Source of the DNA: Alphaproteobacteria bacterium
GTDB taxonomy: Bacteria > Pseudomonadota > Alphaproteobacteria > Rhodobacterales > Rhodobacteraceae
Reading direction: 5' to 3'
Length of the DNA stretch: 64,000 bases
NCBI GenBank assembly: GCA_030429105.1
Contig: JAUIDE010000002.1
Span: 7,896-71,895, forward strand
Shown piece after piece: positions 40,034 to 48,300 of this stretch; position 1 is the first letter of the stretch; each line of letters opens with the position of its first letter. The notes below the pieces were generated by a model. It ran no database searches and was not told the DNA's origin. It was given only the letters and a program-made list of their open reading frames with translations. The translations under genes and the position numbers were made by a program.

Positions 40034-41560
40034 CTACCGTTCCGCCAGCGCCGGATCGGTCAGAAGGCGCGAAAGGAGCCGGTCTACCGGCGCATAATCG
40101 TCGGTCAGGAACGCCGTCTCGCCCGCGGGGAGCACGGCGAGCATCGCCTCCGTCGGCGCGCGGAGCCAGGTGCGCGGGAGGCCGTAGGTCGAGTTCACCT
40201 CGTCCACGCCAGTCGCCCTGTCGGAGGCGAGCACGATCCACGTCGTCCGCGCCTCGCCGGGGCCCAGCTCCGCCGCGTCGAGCCACAGTTCCACATGGGC
40301 GAACCGGGCCTGAAGCGTCCGCGCGAGCGAGAGCATGAAGCGCGGCTCCCGCTTCGCGTCGATCACGTTGGCGATGTAGAGCCCGCCGGGCTTCAGCCGC
40401 GCCGCGACCTCCGCATGGAACTCGTCTGTCGTCAGGTGGGCGGGGATCGTCACGTCATGGAAGGCGTCCGCGAAGATCACGTCGAAGCGCCGTTCGGGCG
40501 GAAGGCGGCGAAGGGCGAGGCGGGCGTCGGCGTGGATCAGCTCTGCGCTTTCGGGCAGGAACCCCATGCGCTCCGCCGCGAGGCGCGTCACCTCCGGGTC
40601 GATCTCCGCCACAATCAGCCGCGCGCCCGGCTTCGTCGCGCCCCAGGCCCGCGGCAGGGTGTAGGCGCCGCCGCCGAGGAAGAGCGCGTCGATCTCCGGC
40701 GCGGGCAGGCGGCGTTTCACGATCTCGTCCACGCCGTGGAGATAGGGCGAGGGAAGCCAGGCCGGGTCCGCCGCGTCGTTCACCCCATGCGCGAGATGGT
40801 CCAGCGCCATGATCCGCGCCGGGCGGCCGAAGAGAGCCGTCTCGTCGATCCGGATGCAGAAATACTCGCTTTCCTCCAGACAGGGCGAGGCGAGGAGCGC
40901 GCGGCCCGGCCCGAAGCCGCCGAGCCCGAGCAGCAGTCCGAGCGCGACGGCCGCCCCCGCCCCGCCCCTCATCCCGAGGAAGGGCAGCGCCGAGACGCCA
41001 TAGATCGCCGCCAGCAGCAGGAGCGAGGCCGAGGTTCCGATCCAGGAGACGAGGACGAGCCCCGCCGCCAGCGTGCCGAGGATCGCCCCCGCCGCGCCGA
41101 GCGCGAACATGAGGCCAAGCGCCCGGCCCTGCCGCGCCGGCGGCTCCGCCTCCATCGCCATCCGCGTGAGGACGGGCGAGACGATCCCGGCGGCGAGCGA
41201 GGGCGCTAGGAAGGCGGCGAGCGCCAGCGCCCCGGCATGGCCGACCGGCCCCATCCCCTCCGCCATCGGCGCCGCGAGCCGCAGGAGCGGGAGGGAGAGC
41301 GCCGTCGTCGCTGCGGCGACGAGCAGCGTGAGCCCCACAGCCCGCGCGGGCCGCGCGGCCCGGTCCGCCACGATCCCGCCGACCCAGTGGCCGAAGGAGA
41401 GCCCGGCGAGGACGACGGCGATGATGATCGTCCAGGAATAGAGCGACATGCCCACATAAGGCGCCAGCGCCCGCCCCGCGACGATCTCCACCGCCATCGA
41501 GCAGGCGGAGGCGAGGGTGAGCGCGGCGGGCGGCAGCGCCCGGGCGAGCGCGTCAGCCAT
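40034..41560 (-). CDS. Fused polytopic membrane domain plus spermidine-synthase-like (class I SAM-fold) domain
   Basis: The first ~200 aa are hydrophobic helices. The C-terminal part has LFLGGGAYTLPR and DVIFADAFHD, typical of spermidine-synthase-like proteins. Confidence 0.72.
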   Translation of the reverse strand: MADALARALPPAALTLASACSMAVEIVAGRALAPYVGMSLYSWTIIIAVVLAGLSFGHWVGGIVADRAARPARAVGLTLLVAAATTALSLPLLRLAAPMAEGMGPVGHAGALALAAFLAPSLAAGIVSPVLTRMAMEAEPPARQGRALGLMFALGAAGAILGTLAAGLVLVSWIGTSASLLLLAAIYGVSALPFLGMRGGAGAAVALGLLLGLGGFGPGRALLASPCLEESEYFCIRIDETALFGRPARIMALDHLAHGVNDAADPAWLPSPYLHGVDEIVKRRLPAPEIDALFLGGGAYTLPRAWGATKPGARLIVAEIDPEVTRLAAERMGFLPESAELIHADARLALRRLPPERRFDVIFADAFHDVTIPAHLTTDEFHAEVAARLKPGGLYIANVIDAKREPRFMLSLARTLQARFAHVELWLDAAELGPGEARTTWIVLASDRATGVDEVNSTYGLPRTWLRAPTEAMLAVLPAGETAFLTDDYAPVDRLLSRLLTDPALAER

Positions 41561-42524
41561 TCCAGCGCATCAGGGCGGGAACGAAGCGGTAGGCGCCCCC
41601 CTCGCGCGCCACATGGCCGAGGCCGGGGAACGGCAGGTGATAGGCGCTCACCGCCATCCTCTCCGTCGCCGCCATGTCGAGCAGGCGCTTCCGCGTCTCC
41701 ACCGCCTGCGCCGGGTCGGCGTCGAAGCCGAAGGCCCAGTCCGGCCGCTCGAAGCTCACATGGGCGTGGTTGATCGCGTCCCCGAGGACGAGGAGGCTCT
41801 CGCCCCCGCTCTCCGCAACGACGCACATATGGCCGAAGGTGTGGCCGGGGCTGGCGATCATCCGCACGCCCGGCGCGATCTCCTCCCCGTCCGCGACCAT
41901 GGTCAGCCGCTCCGCCATCGGCTCCAGCGCGTTGACGGCGCCGACGACGAAGGGCTTCATCCCGTCGGGCATTTCGTCCACCCGGCCGGGCTTCATCCAC
42001 CAGTCGAATTCCGCGGCGCCGATGGCGTAATGCTCCGCCGGGAAGACGGGCTCATCCCCGAAATCGTCCATCATCCCCCAGACATGATCGGGGTGCGCAT
42101 GGGTGAGCGCGACATGGGTGATCGCGGCCGGGTCGATCCCCGCCGCCTCCAGATTGGCGAGGAGCCGCCCCGCGCTCGGCTGGAAGCGGGCGCCGGAGCC
42201 GACATCGACGAGCACCGTCGCGCCCCCGGTCTCGATCACCACATGGTTGGTGTGGGCGTAGTTCGTCTCGGTGGAGAGGAACCGCGCCTCGAGGAAGGCG
42301 TTCACCTCCTCCCGCGGCGCGTTGGCGCCGAGCATGGAGGCGGGGGTGAGGAGATTGCCGTCGGAGACGACCGTCACCTTCATCTCCCCGAGCGTGAAGC
42401 GCGCGAAGCCAGGCGCCTGCGCCGCCTCGCCGGGCCCGCCGATGGTCGCGGCGCGGGCGGCGGTTGGGATGACGAAGGGCGCGGCGAGCGCGCCGAACGC
42501 GGCGCGGCGGGTGAGGCGGGGCAT
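41553..42524 (-). CDS. Tat-exported metallo-beta-lactamase-fold hydrolase (SoxH-like)
   Basis: Tat signal MPRLTRRAAFGALAAP and zinc motif LTHAHPDH. 323 aa. Confidence 0.78.
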   Translation of the reverse strand: MPRLTRRAAFGALAAPFVIPTAARAATIGGPGEAAQAPGFARFTLGEMKVTVVSDGNLLTPASMLGANAPREEVNAFLEARFLSTETNYAHTNHVVIETGGATVLVDVGSGARFQPSAGRLLANLEAAGIDPAAITHVALTHAHPDHVWGMMDDFGDEPVFPAEHYAIGAAEFDWWMKPGRVDEMPDGMKPFVVGAVNALEPMAERLTMVADGEEIAPGVRMIASPGHTFGHMCVVAESGGESLLVLGDAINHAHVSFERPDWAFGFDADPAQAVETRKRLLDMAATERMAVSAYHLPFPGLGHVAREGGAYRFVPALMRWNG

Positions 42525-42533
42525 CGGGCGTCT

Positions 42534-42567
42534 CCCTACATATTATGTGATTTGAATGTATGTAGGG
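42534..42567. promoter_or_regulatory. AT-rich inverted repeat upstream of the SoxH-like gene
   Basis: CCCTACATA-N16-TATGTAGGG (9-bp arms). The interior ACATATTATGTGATTTGAATGTATGT shares ACATAT...GAAT...TGT with the two sox gaps. Confidence 0.4.
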
Positions 42568-42613
42568 AAGCGGCACGCCTGTCCAGCGCCGGGCGCCGGG
42601 TTCGAGGCGTGGT

Positions 42614-43045
42614 TCAGGCCGGCCGCAACTTCGCCCCGCCCTCCGAGAGCATCCGCGCCGCCCACATGCCGATCAGCATGGCCGGCATGAATGCGAGGAT
42701 GCCCGTGGAGCCGAGTCCGAGCGCGGTGAGCGCCGGGCCGGGGCAGAAGCCGCCGAGCCCCCAGCCGACGCCGAAGAGCGCCGGGCCGGCGAGAAGCTTG
42801 CTGTCGATGTCTCGCCGCGTCGGGACCTGGAACTTGCCCCCGAGGATCGGCGCCTTCATGCCGAAGACGATCCGGTAGCCGATGAAGGCGACGATCACGC
42901 CGCCGCCCATCACGAAGGCGAGCGACGGGTCCCATGTCCCGAACACGTCCAGGAAGTTAAGCACCTTGGCCGGGTCCGCCATGCCGGAGACGATGAGGCC
43001 CACGCCGAAGAGAAGCCCGAGGGCGAGGTTGACGATGAAGGACAT
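42614..43045 (-). CDS. Half-size YeeE/YedE-family membrane protein (C-terminal-half type)
   Basis: 143 aa, four TM helices, GWGLGGFCPGPA Cys block. ATG at 43043-45; the track ORF extends upstream without homology. Confidence 0.72.
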   Translation of the reverse strand: MSFIVNLALGLLFGVGLIVSGMADPAKVLNFLDVFGTWDPSLAFVMGGGVIVAFIGYRIVFGMKAPILGGKFQVPTRRDIDSKLLAGPALFGVGWGLGGFCPGPALTALGLGSTGILAFMPAMLIGMWAARMLSEGGAKLRPA

Positions 43046-43049
43046 GGCT

Positions 43050-43478
43050 TCAGCCTCCGATGACGTGGCGGGTGAGAAGAACGGTGACGAAGGCCGTCGC
43101 CATGAACGTCCCCACCGCCACCGCCGAACGCGGCGAGAGGCGGGAGAGGCCGCAGATGCCATGCCCCGAAGTGCAGCCCGAACCCCAGACGGAGCCGAAG
43201 CCGACGAGGAGGCCGGCGGCGGCCATCAGGGGAACATTGGCGGAGACGGTCTGCATCACGCCCTCCCCCGTCGCCGCCATCCAGAGGAAGGGCGCGGCCA
43301 CGAGGCCGATGACAAACCCGAGCCGGCCGCCGAGCGCCTCTCCGCTCCACGGCGGAAGCAGGCGGGAGGCGATGCCGCTGATCCCGGCGATGCGGCCTTC
43401 GAAGGCCATCAGCAGAACGGCGGAAAGCCCGATCAGGGCGCCGCCGATCAGCGAGGCGATTGGGGTGAACTCGGTCAT
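43050..43478 (-). CDS. Half-size YeeE/YedE-family membrane protein (N-terminal-half type)
   Basis: 142 aa, four TM helices, GSGCTSGHGICGLSR Cys block. Start overlaps the ArsR stop (ATGA). Confidence 0.72.
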   Translation of the reverse strand: MTEFTPIASLIGGALIGLSAVLLMAFEGRIAGISGIASRLLPPWSGEALGGRLGFVIGLVAAPFLWMAATGEGVMQTVSANVPLMAAAGLLVGFGSVWGSGCTSGHGICGLSRLSPRSAVAVGTFMATAFVTVLLTRHVIGG

Positions 43479-43804
43479 GTCTCGGAGCCTCCATCGGCGC
43501 AGAACAGGCGGTGCATCACCGCTACGAACGCCGCCGCGCGATCATCCGCGAGACGGTAGAAGACGGATTTGGATTCCTTCCGCGCCGCGATCAGCCCCGC
43601 CTCTCGGAGCGCGGCGAGCTGCTGCGAAAGCGCGGGCTGCCGGAGGCCGAGCCCGTCCTCCAGCGCGCGCACGGAACGCTCGCCCTCGACGAGCGCGCAG
43701 ACGATCATGAGCCTGGCCGGATGGGCGAGCGTCTTCAGGAAGCCGGAAGCGGCCTCCGCGCGCGCCAGCATCTCCTCTGTCTCGGGCCTGAGATCGAGCG
43801 CCAT
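43475..43804 (-). CDS. ArsR-family repressor of the two-Cys SqrR/BigR type
   Basis: wHTH FLKTLAHPARLMIVCALVEGERSVRALEDGL...LSQQLAALREAGLI. Cys in MIVCAL and in the C-terminal LFCAD, the same spacing pattern as in soxR here. Confidence 0.78.
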   Translation of the reverse strand: MALDLRPETEEMLARAEAASGFLKTLAHPARLMIVCALVEGERSVRALEDGLGLRQPALSQQLAALREAGLIAARKESKSVFYRLADDRAAAFVAVMHRLFCADGGSET

Positions 43805-43814
43805 GGGCGGCCTT

Positions 43815-43865
43815 TCGATTGCGATTCTTCGATTGCATAAATACGCAATCGACTTTCCGCAATCA
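43815..43865. promoter_or_regulatory. Nested dyad upstream of the second ArsR gene
   Basis: TCGATTGC-ATAAATAC-GCAATCGA (43829-43852), flanked by a second TCGATTGC (43815-43822) and GCAATCA (43859-43865). Confidence 0.4.
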
Positions 43866-43874
43866 AGAGCCGCC

Positions 43875-45437
43875 TCACCCCAGCGCGGCGATCACCGCGT
43901 CCGTCTTCGTCACCAGCGCCACGTTCTGCATCGCATAGTCGATGGAGGCGCGGTGCCAGTCCGCGTTCATCGTGGAGCAGGCGTCCTCCGGGATCACCAT
44001 GACATAACCCTTGTCGGCGCCGGTGCGGGCCGTGTGCTCGATGCTCATGTTGGTCCAGGCGCCCGTCTCGATGATGATGTCCCGCCCCTCGGCCTTCAGA
44101 ACCGTCTCAAGCGTCGAGCCCTCCCAGGCGGACATGCGCATCTTCTCGACCACATGGTCGCCCTCGACCGGCTCCAGCCCCGGCGCCGGCGCGGCGCCCC
44201 ATGTCCCGCGGACGAGGGCGTTCGCCTCGTAGGCGCCTTCGAAAAGGGGGCAGTTGAGCGTCAATCCCTTCGCCCCCGGCGGCACGATGAAATGGACATG
44301 GATCACCGGCACGCCCCGCGCCCGGCAATGGGCGGCGAGGCGGGCCGCGTTCTCCACCGAGCGCTGCGCGCGGGCGTGCTCCGGCGCGCCCGAGGAGGCG
44401 AAGGCGCCGCCCTCCATCACCACGTCGTTCTGCATGTCCTGGATGACGAGGGCGCAGCGCGACGGGTCGAGCCGCAGGTCGCCGTCAGCCGCCGGCGCCG
44501 CGGGCGCGGAACCGGCGGCGGGGCGGGCGCGCATGAAGGGCTCGTTCCGCGGCCCGATCTTCACGTCCACCGCATAGACGGAGGTGGAGGCGGCGACGAA
44601 GAGCGTCCGCCAGTCCTCCCCGCCCCAGTGGAGATTGGCGGGATGTTCGGGGATCGAAACCTTCCCGATATGCCGCCCGTCCGGCGCATAGACCCAGAGT
44701 CCGCCCGGCCCGGTGACCCAGATGTTCCCTTCCGCATCGCATTTCATCCCGTCCGGCACGCCGGATTTCAGGCTGTCGCGGATGCCGGAGGCGAAGACGC
44801 GGCCGTTCTTCAGCCTTCCCCCGTCCACCTCGAAGACGCGGATGTTCGCCTGCTCCGTGTCGTTCACGTAGAGCTTCGACTCGTCGGGGCAGAAGCAGAG
44901 CCCGTTGGGCTGGGTGAACATGTAGCGGTCCACGACCAGCTCCGGCTCCGCCCCCGGGCGCGCATTCGGCGGGATGCGGAAGACGCCCTGCCAGCCGAGC
45001 TGCCGCGGCCGCTCCACCCCGTAATGCGGCATCCGCCCGTACCAGGGGTCGGTGAACCAGATCGAGCCGTCCGACTTCACGACGATGTCGTTCGGGGAGT
45101 TCAGCTCCCGCCCCTCGAAATGGCTCGCCAGCACCTCCCGCGCCCCGTCGGGCCGGAAGCGGGCGACGCTGGACGTGGCGTGTTCGCAAACGATGAGGTT
45201 GAGCGCCGCGTCATAGGTCATCCCGTTGCCCTTGTTGGAGGGCTTCAGGACTTCGCGGACGCCGTGCCGGTCCCACCGCCGACGCACATCCGCCGGCATG
45301 TCGGAGAAGAGCAGGTAATGCTCCGCCGGGTGCCAGATCGGCCCCTCGGTGAAGGTGAAGCCCGTGCCGATCTGGCGGACGGGCGCATGCTCGTCGATCA
45401 GCCGGCGAAAGGCCGGGTCCAGCGCGTCATGGGCCAT
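43875..45437 (-). CDS. Fusion protein: SMP-30/gluconolactonase/LRE-like beta-propeller (N) plus isochorismatase-like hydrolase (C)
   Basis: N-terminus: FTEGPIWHPAEHYLLFSDMP and repeated propeller blades. Ala/Pro linker. C-terminus: LVIQDMQNDV...EKMRMSAW...ETGAWTNMSIEHTARTG...VIPEDA. ATG 45435-37 lies behind AAGGAGG. Confidence 0.75.
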   Translation of the reverse strand: MAHDALDPAFRRLIDEHAPVRQIGTGFTFTEGPIWHPAEHYLLFSDMPADVRRRWDRHGVREVLKPSNKGNGMTYDAALNLIVCEHATSSVARFRPDGAREVLASHFEGRELNSPNDIVVKSDGSIWFTDPWYGRMPHYGVERPRQLGWQGVFRIPPNARPGAEPELVVDRYMFTQPNGLCFCPDESKLYVNDTEQANIRVFEVDGGRLKNGRVFASGIRDSLKSGVPDGMKCDAEGNIWVTGPGGLWVYAPDGRHIGKVSIPEHPANLHWGGEDWRTLFVAASTSVYAVDVKIGPRNEPFMRARPAAGSAPAAPAADGDLRLDPSRCALVIQDMQNDVVMEGGAFASSGAPEHARAQRSVENAARLAAHCRARGVPVIHVHFIVPPGAKGLTLNCPLFEGAYEANALVRGTWGAAPAPGLEPVEGDHVVEKMRMSAWEGSTLETVLKAEGRDIIIETGAWTNMSIEHTARTGADKGYVMVIPEDACSTMNADWHRASIDYAMQNVALVTKTDAVIAALG

Positions 45438-45447
45438 CGGAGCCTCC

Positions 45448-46299
45448 TTACATCGGGAACCAGTCGCGCTTGCGCACGGTTTGCGTGACCGGGCCGGGGA
45501 CGGCCATGTCGAGCCGGCCGACAACCTGCCCGTGCTCGATCTTCGCCGGCTTGTCATGGACGGGGAGGAGGAACTTCGCGCCGGAATGCATCAGCTTCCC
45601 GATCTGCCCCTTCTCCTCCCGCTTCGAGACGCCGTGGTTGCCCGTCACCTGGAATTCCTCCGGCCCGAAGGAGTGGAAGGGTGCGATGATCTGGTCCTGG
45701 AAGTCATAGATCACGTCGCCGCAGATCGTCGCCCGGCCCTCGGCCGTGTCCACATGCACGTTCATCGAGCCTTCGGTATGCGCCCCCGCCATCTCCAGAT
45801 AGACGCCGGGGCAGAGCTCGATCGGCCCGGAAATCTCGAGGTCGACGAGCCGCAGCGCGCCGGGCGTGTGCAAACGCTCCACCAGATGGATGATGTCCGG
45901 CTTCGGATATTGCGGGTGCATCAGGCCGGAGACGGAATATTCCAGCTCCCGCCGGTTGATGAGCACGGTCGTGTTCATCGGGAACTGGTCGTCCTTCCCC
46001 GCATGGTCGATATGGAGATGGGTGTGCAGGATGTACCGCACATCCCCCATCTTCACGCCGTGGCGGGCGAGCTGGTTCTGGATCATGTTCTCGTGGAACT
46101 GGAGCCCGCGCATCCCCAGCGTCTCCATGATCGCGTTGTCGCGATAGCCGGTATCCACGACGATGGGCCACGGACCGCCGAGGATCAGGAAGCCATAGGT
46201 CGGCACCCGCCGCACCCGCCCGCACTCCCGCCCGAGGACGAGGAAGCTCGATTCGAGCTCGATGTCGCCGAAGTCCAGAATCTTGATCTCAAGGGCCAT
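45448..46299 (-). CDS. MBL-fold hydrolase, N-acyl-homoserine-lactonase-like
   Basis: HTHLHIDHAG (HxHxDH). 283 aa. ATG 46297-99 lies behind GGGAGGGG; the longer track ORF is Arg/Ser-rich non-homologous sequence. Confidence 0.8.
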   Translation of the reverse strand: MALEIKILDFGDIELESSFLVLGRECGRVRRVPTYGFLILGGPWPIVVDTGYRDNAIMETLGMRGLQFHENMIQNQLARHGVKMGDVRYILHTHLHIDHAGKDDQFPMNTTVLINRRELEYSVSGLMHPQYPKPDIIHLVERLHTPGALRLVDLEISGPIELCPGVYLEMAGAHTEGSMNVHVDTAEGRATICGDVIYDFQDQIIAPFHSFGPEEFQVTGNHGVSKREEKGQIGKLMHSGAKFLLPVHDKPAKIEHGQVVGRLDMAVPGPVTQTVRKRDWFPM

Positions 46300-46312
46300 G
46301 GTCCCCTCCCTG

Positions 46313-47194
46313 TCAGAGCCGGTAGACCCGGCATGCGGTGTTGTGGAAGATCGCCTCCTGCTCCGCCGTCGAGAGCCCGCCCGCGGCGGCCCGGTGGGCG
46401 GAAAGGAGGGAGGCGTAGTCGGTCCAGAGCTTCTCGATGGGGAAGTTGGAGCCGAAGAGGCAGCGGTCCGCGCCGAAAAGCGCGACCGTCTCCGAGACGA
46501 GCCAGCCGATATGGGCCGGGTCGTTCCGGTGGATGAAGGTGCCGAAGCCGGAGAGCTTGGCGAAGACGTTTGGCCGCTTCGCGAGCGCTGCCATGCCGGC
46601 GCGCCATTCGGCGCGGCCCGCCTCCGAAAGATCCTCCAGCATCCCCGCATGTTGCAGGATCAGCGTCGTCCGCGGCGCCGCTTCAGCGAGTTCGCACGCC
46701 CCCGCCATTTGCGGGGCGAAGACCTGAAGGTCGAAAGCCCAGCCGTAATCGGCCAGCCGGGCGACGTTTGTCTGCACATTCCGGTCAAGGCAGAGATCGG
46801 GCCGCGCGGCGAAGCGGTAGAGCGGGTTCTCGTGCCAGTGGAGTTGCTGCCGCACGCCCCGCATCCGCGGGTGGCGGGAAAGGCGGTCGAGCGCCGGCCG
46901 CGCGTCCTCCGCCGTCATGTCCGCGTAACCGACAATCCCGTGCGGCCACCCCGTCTCCCGCGCGAGGTTTTCGAGCCACAGGACCTCGTCCTCCGCCCGC
47001 TCCGCCGGCCAGTTCGCCTGCACATAGACGGATTTCTCGACGCCCGATCCTTCGAGATCGGCGAGATATTCCGCCATCGGATAATCCCGCCTTATCGGCT
47101 CGTAGGGGCCGAAGATGCGCGGCTGCATCGGCCCGCTCAGCCAGGGCAGGTCGGCCTGCCGCCAGACATGGAAATGGCTGTCGATCACCCTCAT
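46313..47194 (-). CDS. Amidohydrolase_2 family protein (lactonase/decarboxylase type TIM barrel)
   Basis: MRVIDSHFHVW start (HxH metal site). 293 aa. ATGA overlap with the upstream VWA gene. Confidence 0.8.
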   Translation of the reverse strand: MRVIDSHFHVWRQADLPWLSGPMQPRIFGPYEPIRRDYPMAEYLADLEGSGVEKSVYVQANWPAERAEDEVLWLENLARETGWPHGIVGYADMTAEDARPALDRLSRHPRMRGVRQQLHWHENPLYRFAARPDLCLDRNVQTNVARLADYGWAFDLQVFAPQMAGACELAEAAPRTTLILQHAGMLEDLSEAGRAEWRAGMAALAKRPNVFAKLSGFGTFIHRNDPAHIGWLVSETVALFGADRCLFGSNFPIEKLWTDYASLLSAHRAAAGGLSTAEQEAIFHNTACRVYRL

Positions 47195-48288
47195 CGCCGC
47201 GCCCCCTTGGCGAAGGCCAGCGTCTCGGCGGCGAGGGCGGCGGGGCCGGAGCCGTCCCCCAGCCGGTCGAGCAGCGGCAGGATCGCACGCATCGCCCCCG
47301 TCTCGGGCCGGTAGGCCGGGTCGGCGGCGAGGGGAGAGAGCCAGAGGAGCCCGTGGGCGAGGCCGCGGAGCCGCTCCATCGCCGCGACCAGCGCCTCCGG
47401 CCCACCCCGCTCCAGTCCGTCGGAGACGACGATGGCGAGCGCGGCGCGCGCATGGGCGGCGAAGCGGGGGACGGAGAGGAAGACAGAGAGCGCCTCGCCA
47501 AGCCGCGTCCCCCCGTCCCAGTCCGCGACGAGCCCCGTCGCGAGCTGGAGCGCCTGCGCCTCGTCCCGCCGCCTGAGCGCCGGCGTCACGCGGGTGAGCC
47601 GCGTGCCGAGGGTGAAGGCCTCGCCACGCTCGGCGGCGCGGAGCAGAGCATGGCCGAAGCGGAGCGCGCCCTCCGTCCCCGCCTTCATCGAGCCCGAGAC
47701 GTCGATGAGGAGGAGGACGCGGCGCTGTCGCAGACGGCGGCGGCGGGAGGGGAGGCGCGTCAGCTCCCCGTCCTTCCGCATCATCTCCCGGAACGCCGCC
47801 CGCGGATCAGCCCGCCGCCCCCCGCCCGAAGCGAAGCGGCGGGAGCGGCGGCGCGGCAGGCGCCGCTCCGCGAGGCGGGAGAAGGCGCGAAGGCCGGAGG
47901 CTTTGCCCTCTCCGAAGGCCCGCGTGAAGAGCCTCTCGGCGACGGAGGCGTCGGCGCCCGAAGGCTCCTCCTCCCCCGCCTCGGGCAGAAGCTCCATCCC
48001 CGCCGCGTCATAGGCCGCCGGCATTTCCTCCGGCGCGCCGAGGGCGGGGGCGGAAAGCGCGCGGCCCAGAAAGGCGGCGTCGAAGAGATCGTCGAACGCC
48101 TCCGCCCGCTCCGGCCCCGGCCCGTAGATGGCGCGGGCGGCGCGGCGGATGTCGTGGATCGAGGCCGGCCCGAGGAGGCCGATTGCGGCGATGAAGCTCT
48201 CCGTCTGCTCCGGCGAGGCGGGAAAGCCCGCGCCCCTGAGGAGCGCGGCGAAGCCGAGGACCGGGCGGAGGGGGGCGGGGAAGGTCAT
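47191..48288 (-). CDS. VWA-domain protein, CoxE-like
   Basis: MIDAS motif LLIDVSGSM and an Arg-rich linker as in CoxE-type proteins. ATG at 48286-88; a GTG at 48300 is possible. Confidence 0.75.
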   Translation of the reverse strand: MTFPAPLRPVLGFAALLRGAGFPASPEQTESFIAAIGLLGPASIHDIRRAARAIYGPGPERAEAFDDLFDAAFLGRALSAPALGAPEEMPAAYDAAGMELLPEAGEEEPSGADASVAERLFTRAFGEGKASGLRAFSRLAERRLPRRRSRRFASGGGRRADPRAAFREMMRKDGELTRLPSRRRRLRQRRVLLLIDVSGSMKAGTEGALRFGHALLRAAERGEAFTLGTRLTRVTPALRRRDEAQALQLATGLVADWDGGTRLGEALSVFLSVPRFAAHARAALAIVVSDGLERGGPEALVAAMERLRGLAHGLLWLSPLAADPAYRPETGAMRAILPLLDRLGDGSGPAALAAETLAFAKGARR

Positions 48289-48300
48289 GGGCGCCCCCAC

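Noticed and set aside
39913-41209. Plus-strand ORFs of 141 and 415 aa opposite the spermidine-synthase-like gene
   Set aside because: Arg/Pro/Gly-rich translations antisense to a gene with clear TM and SAM-fold features. Shadow ORFs.
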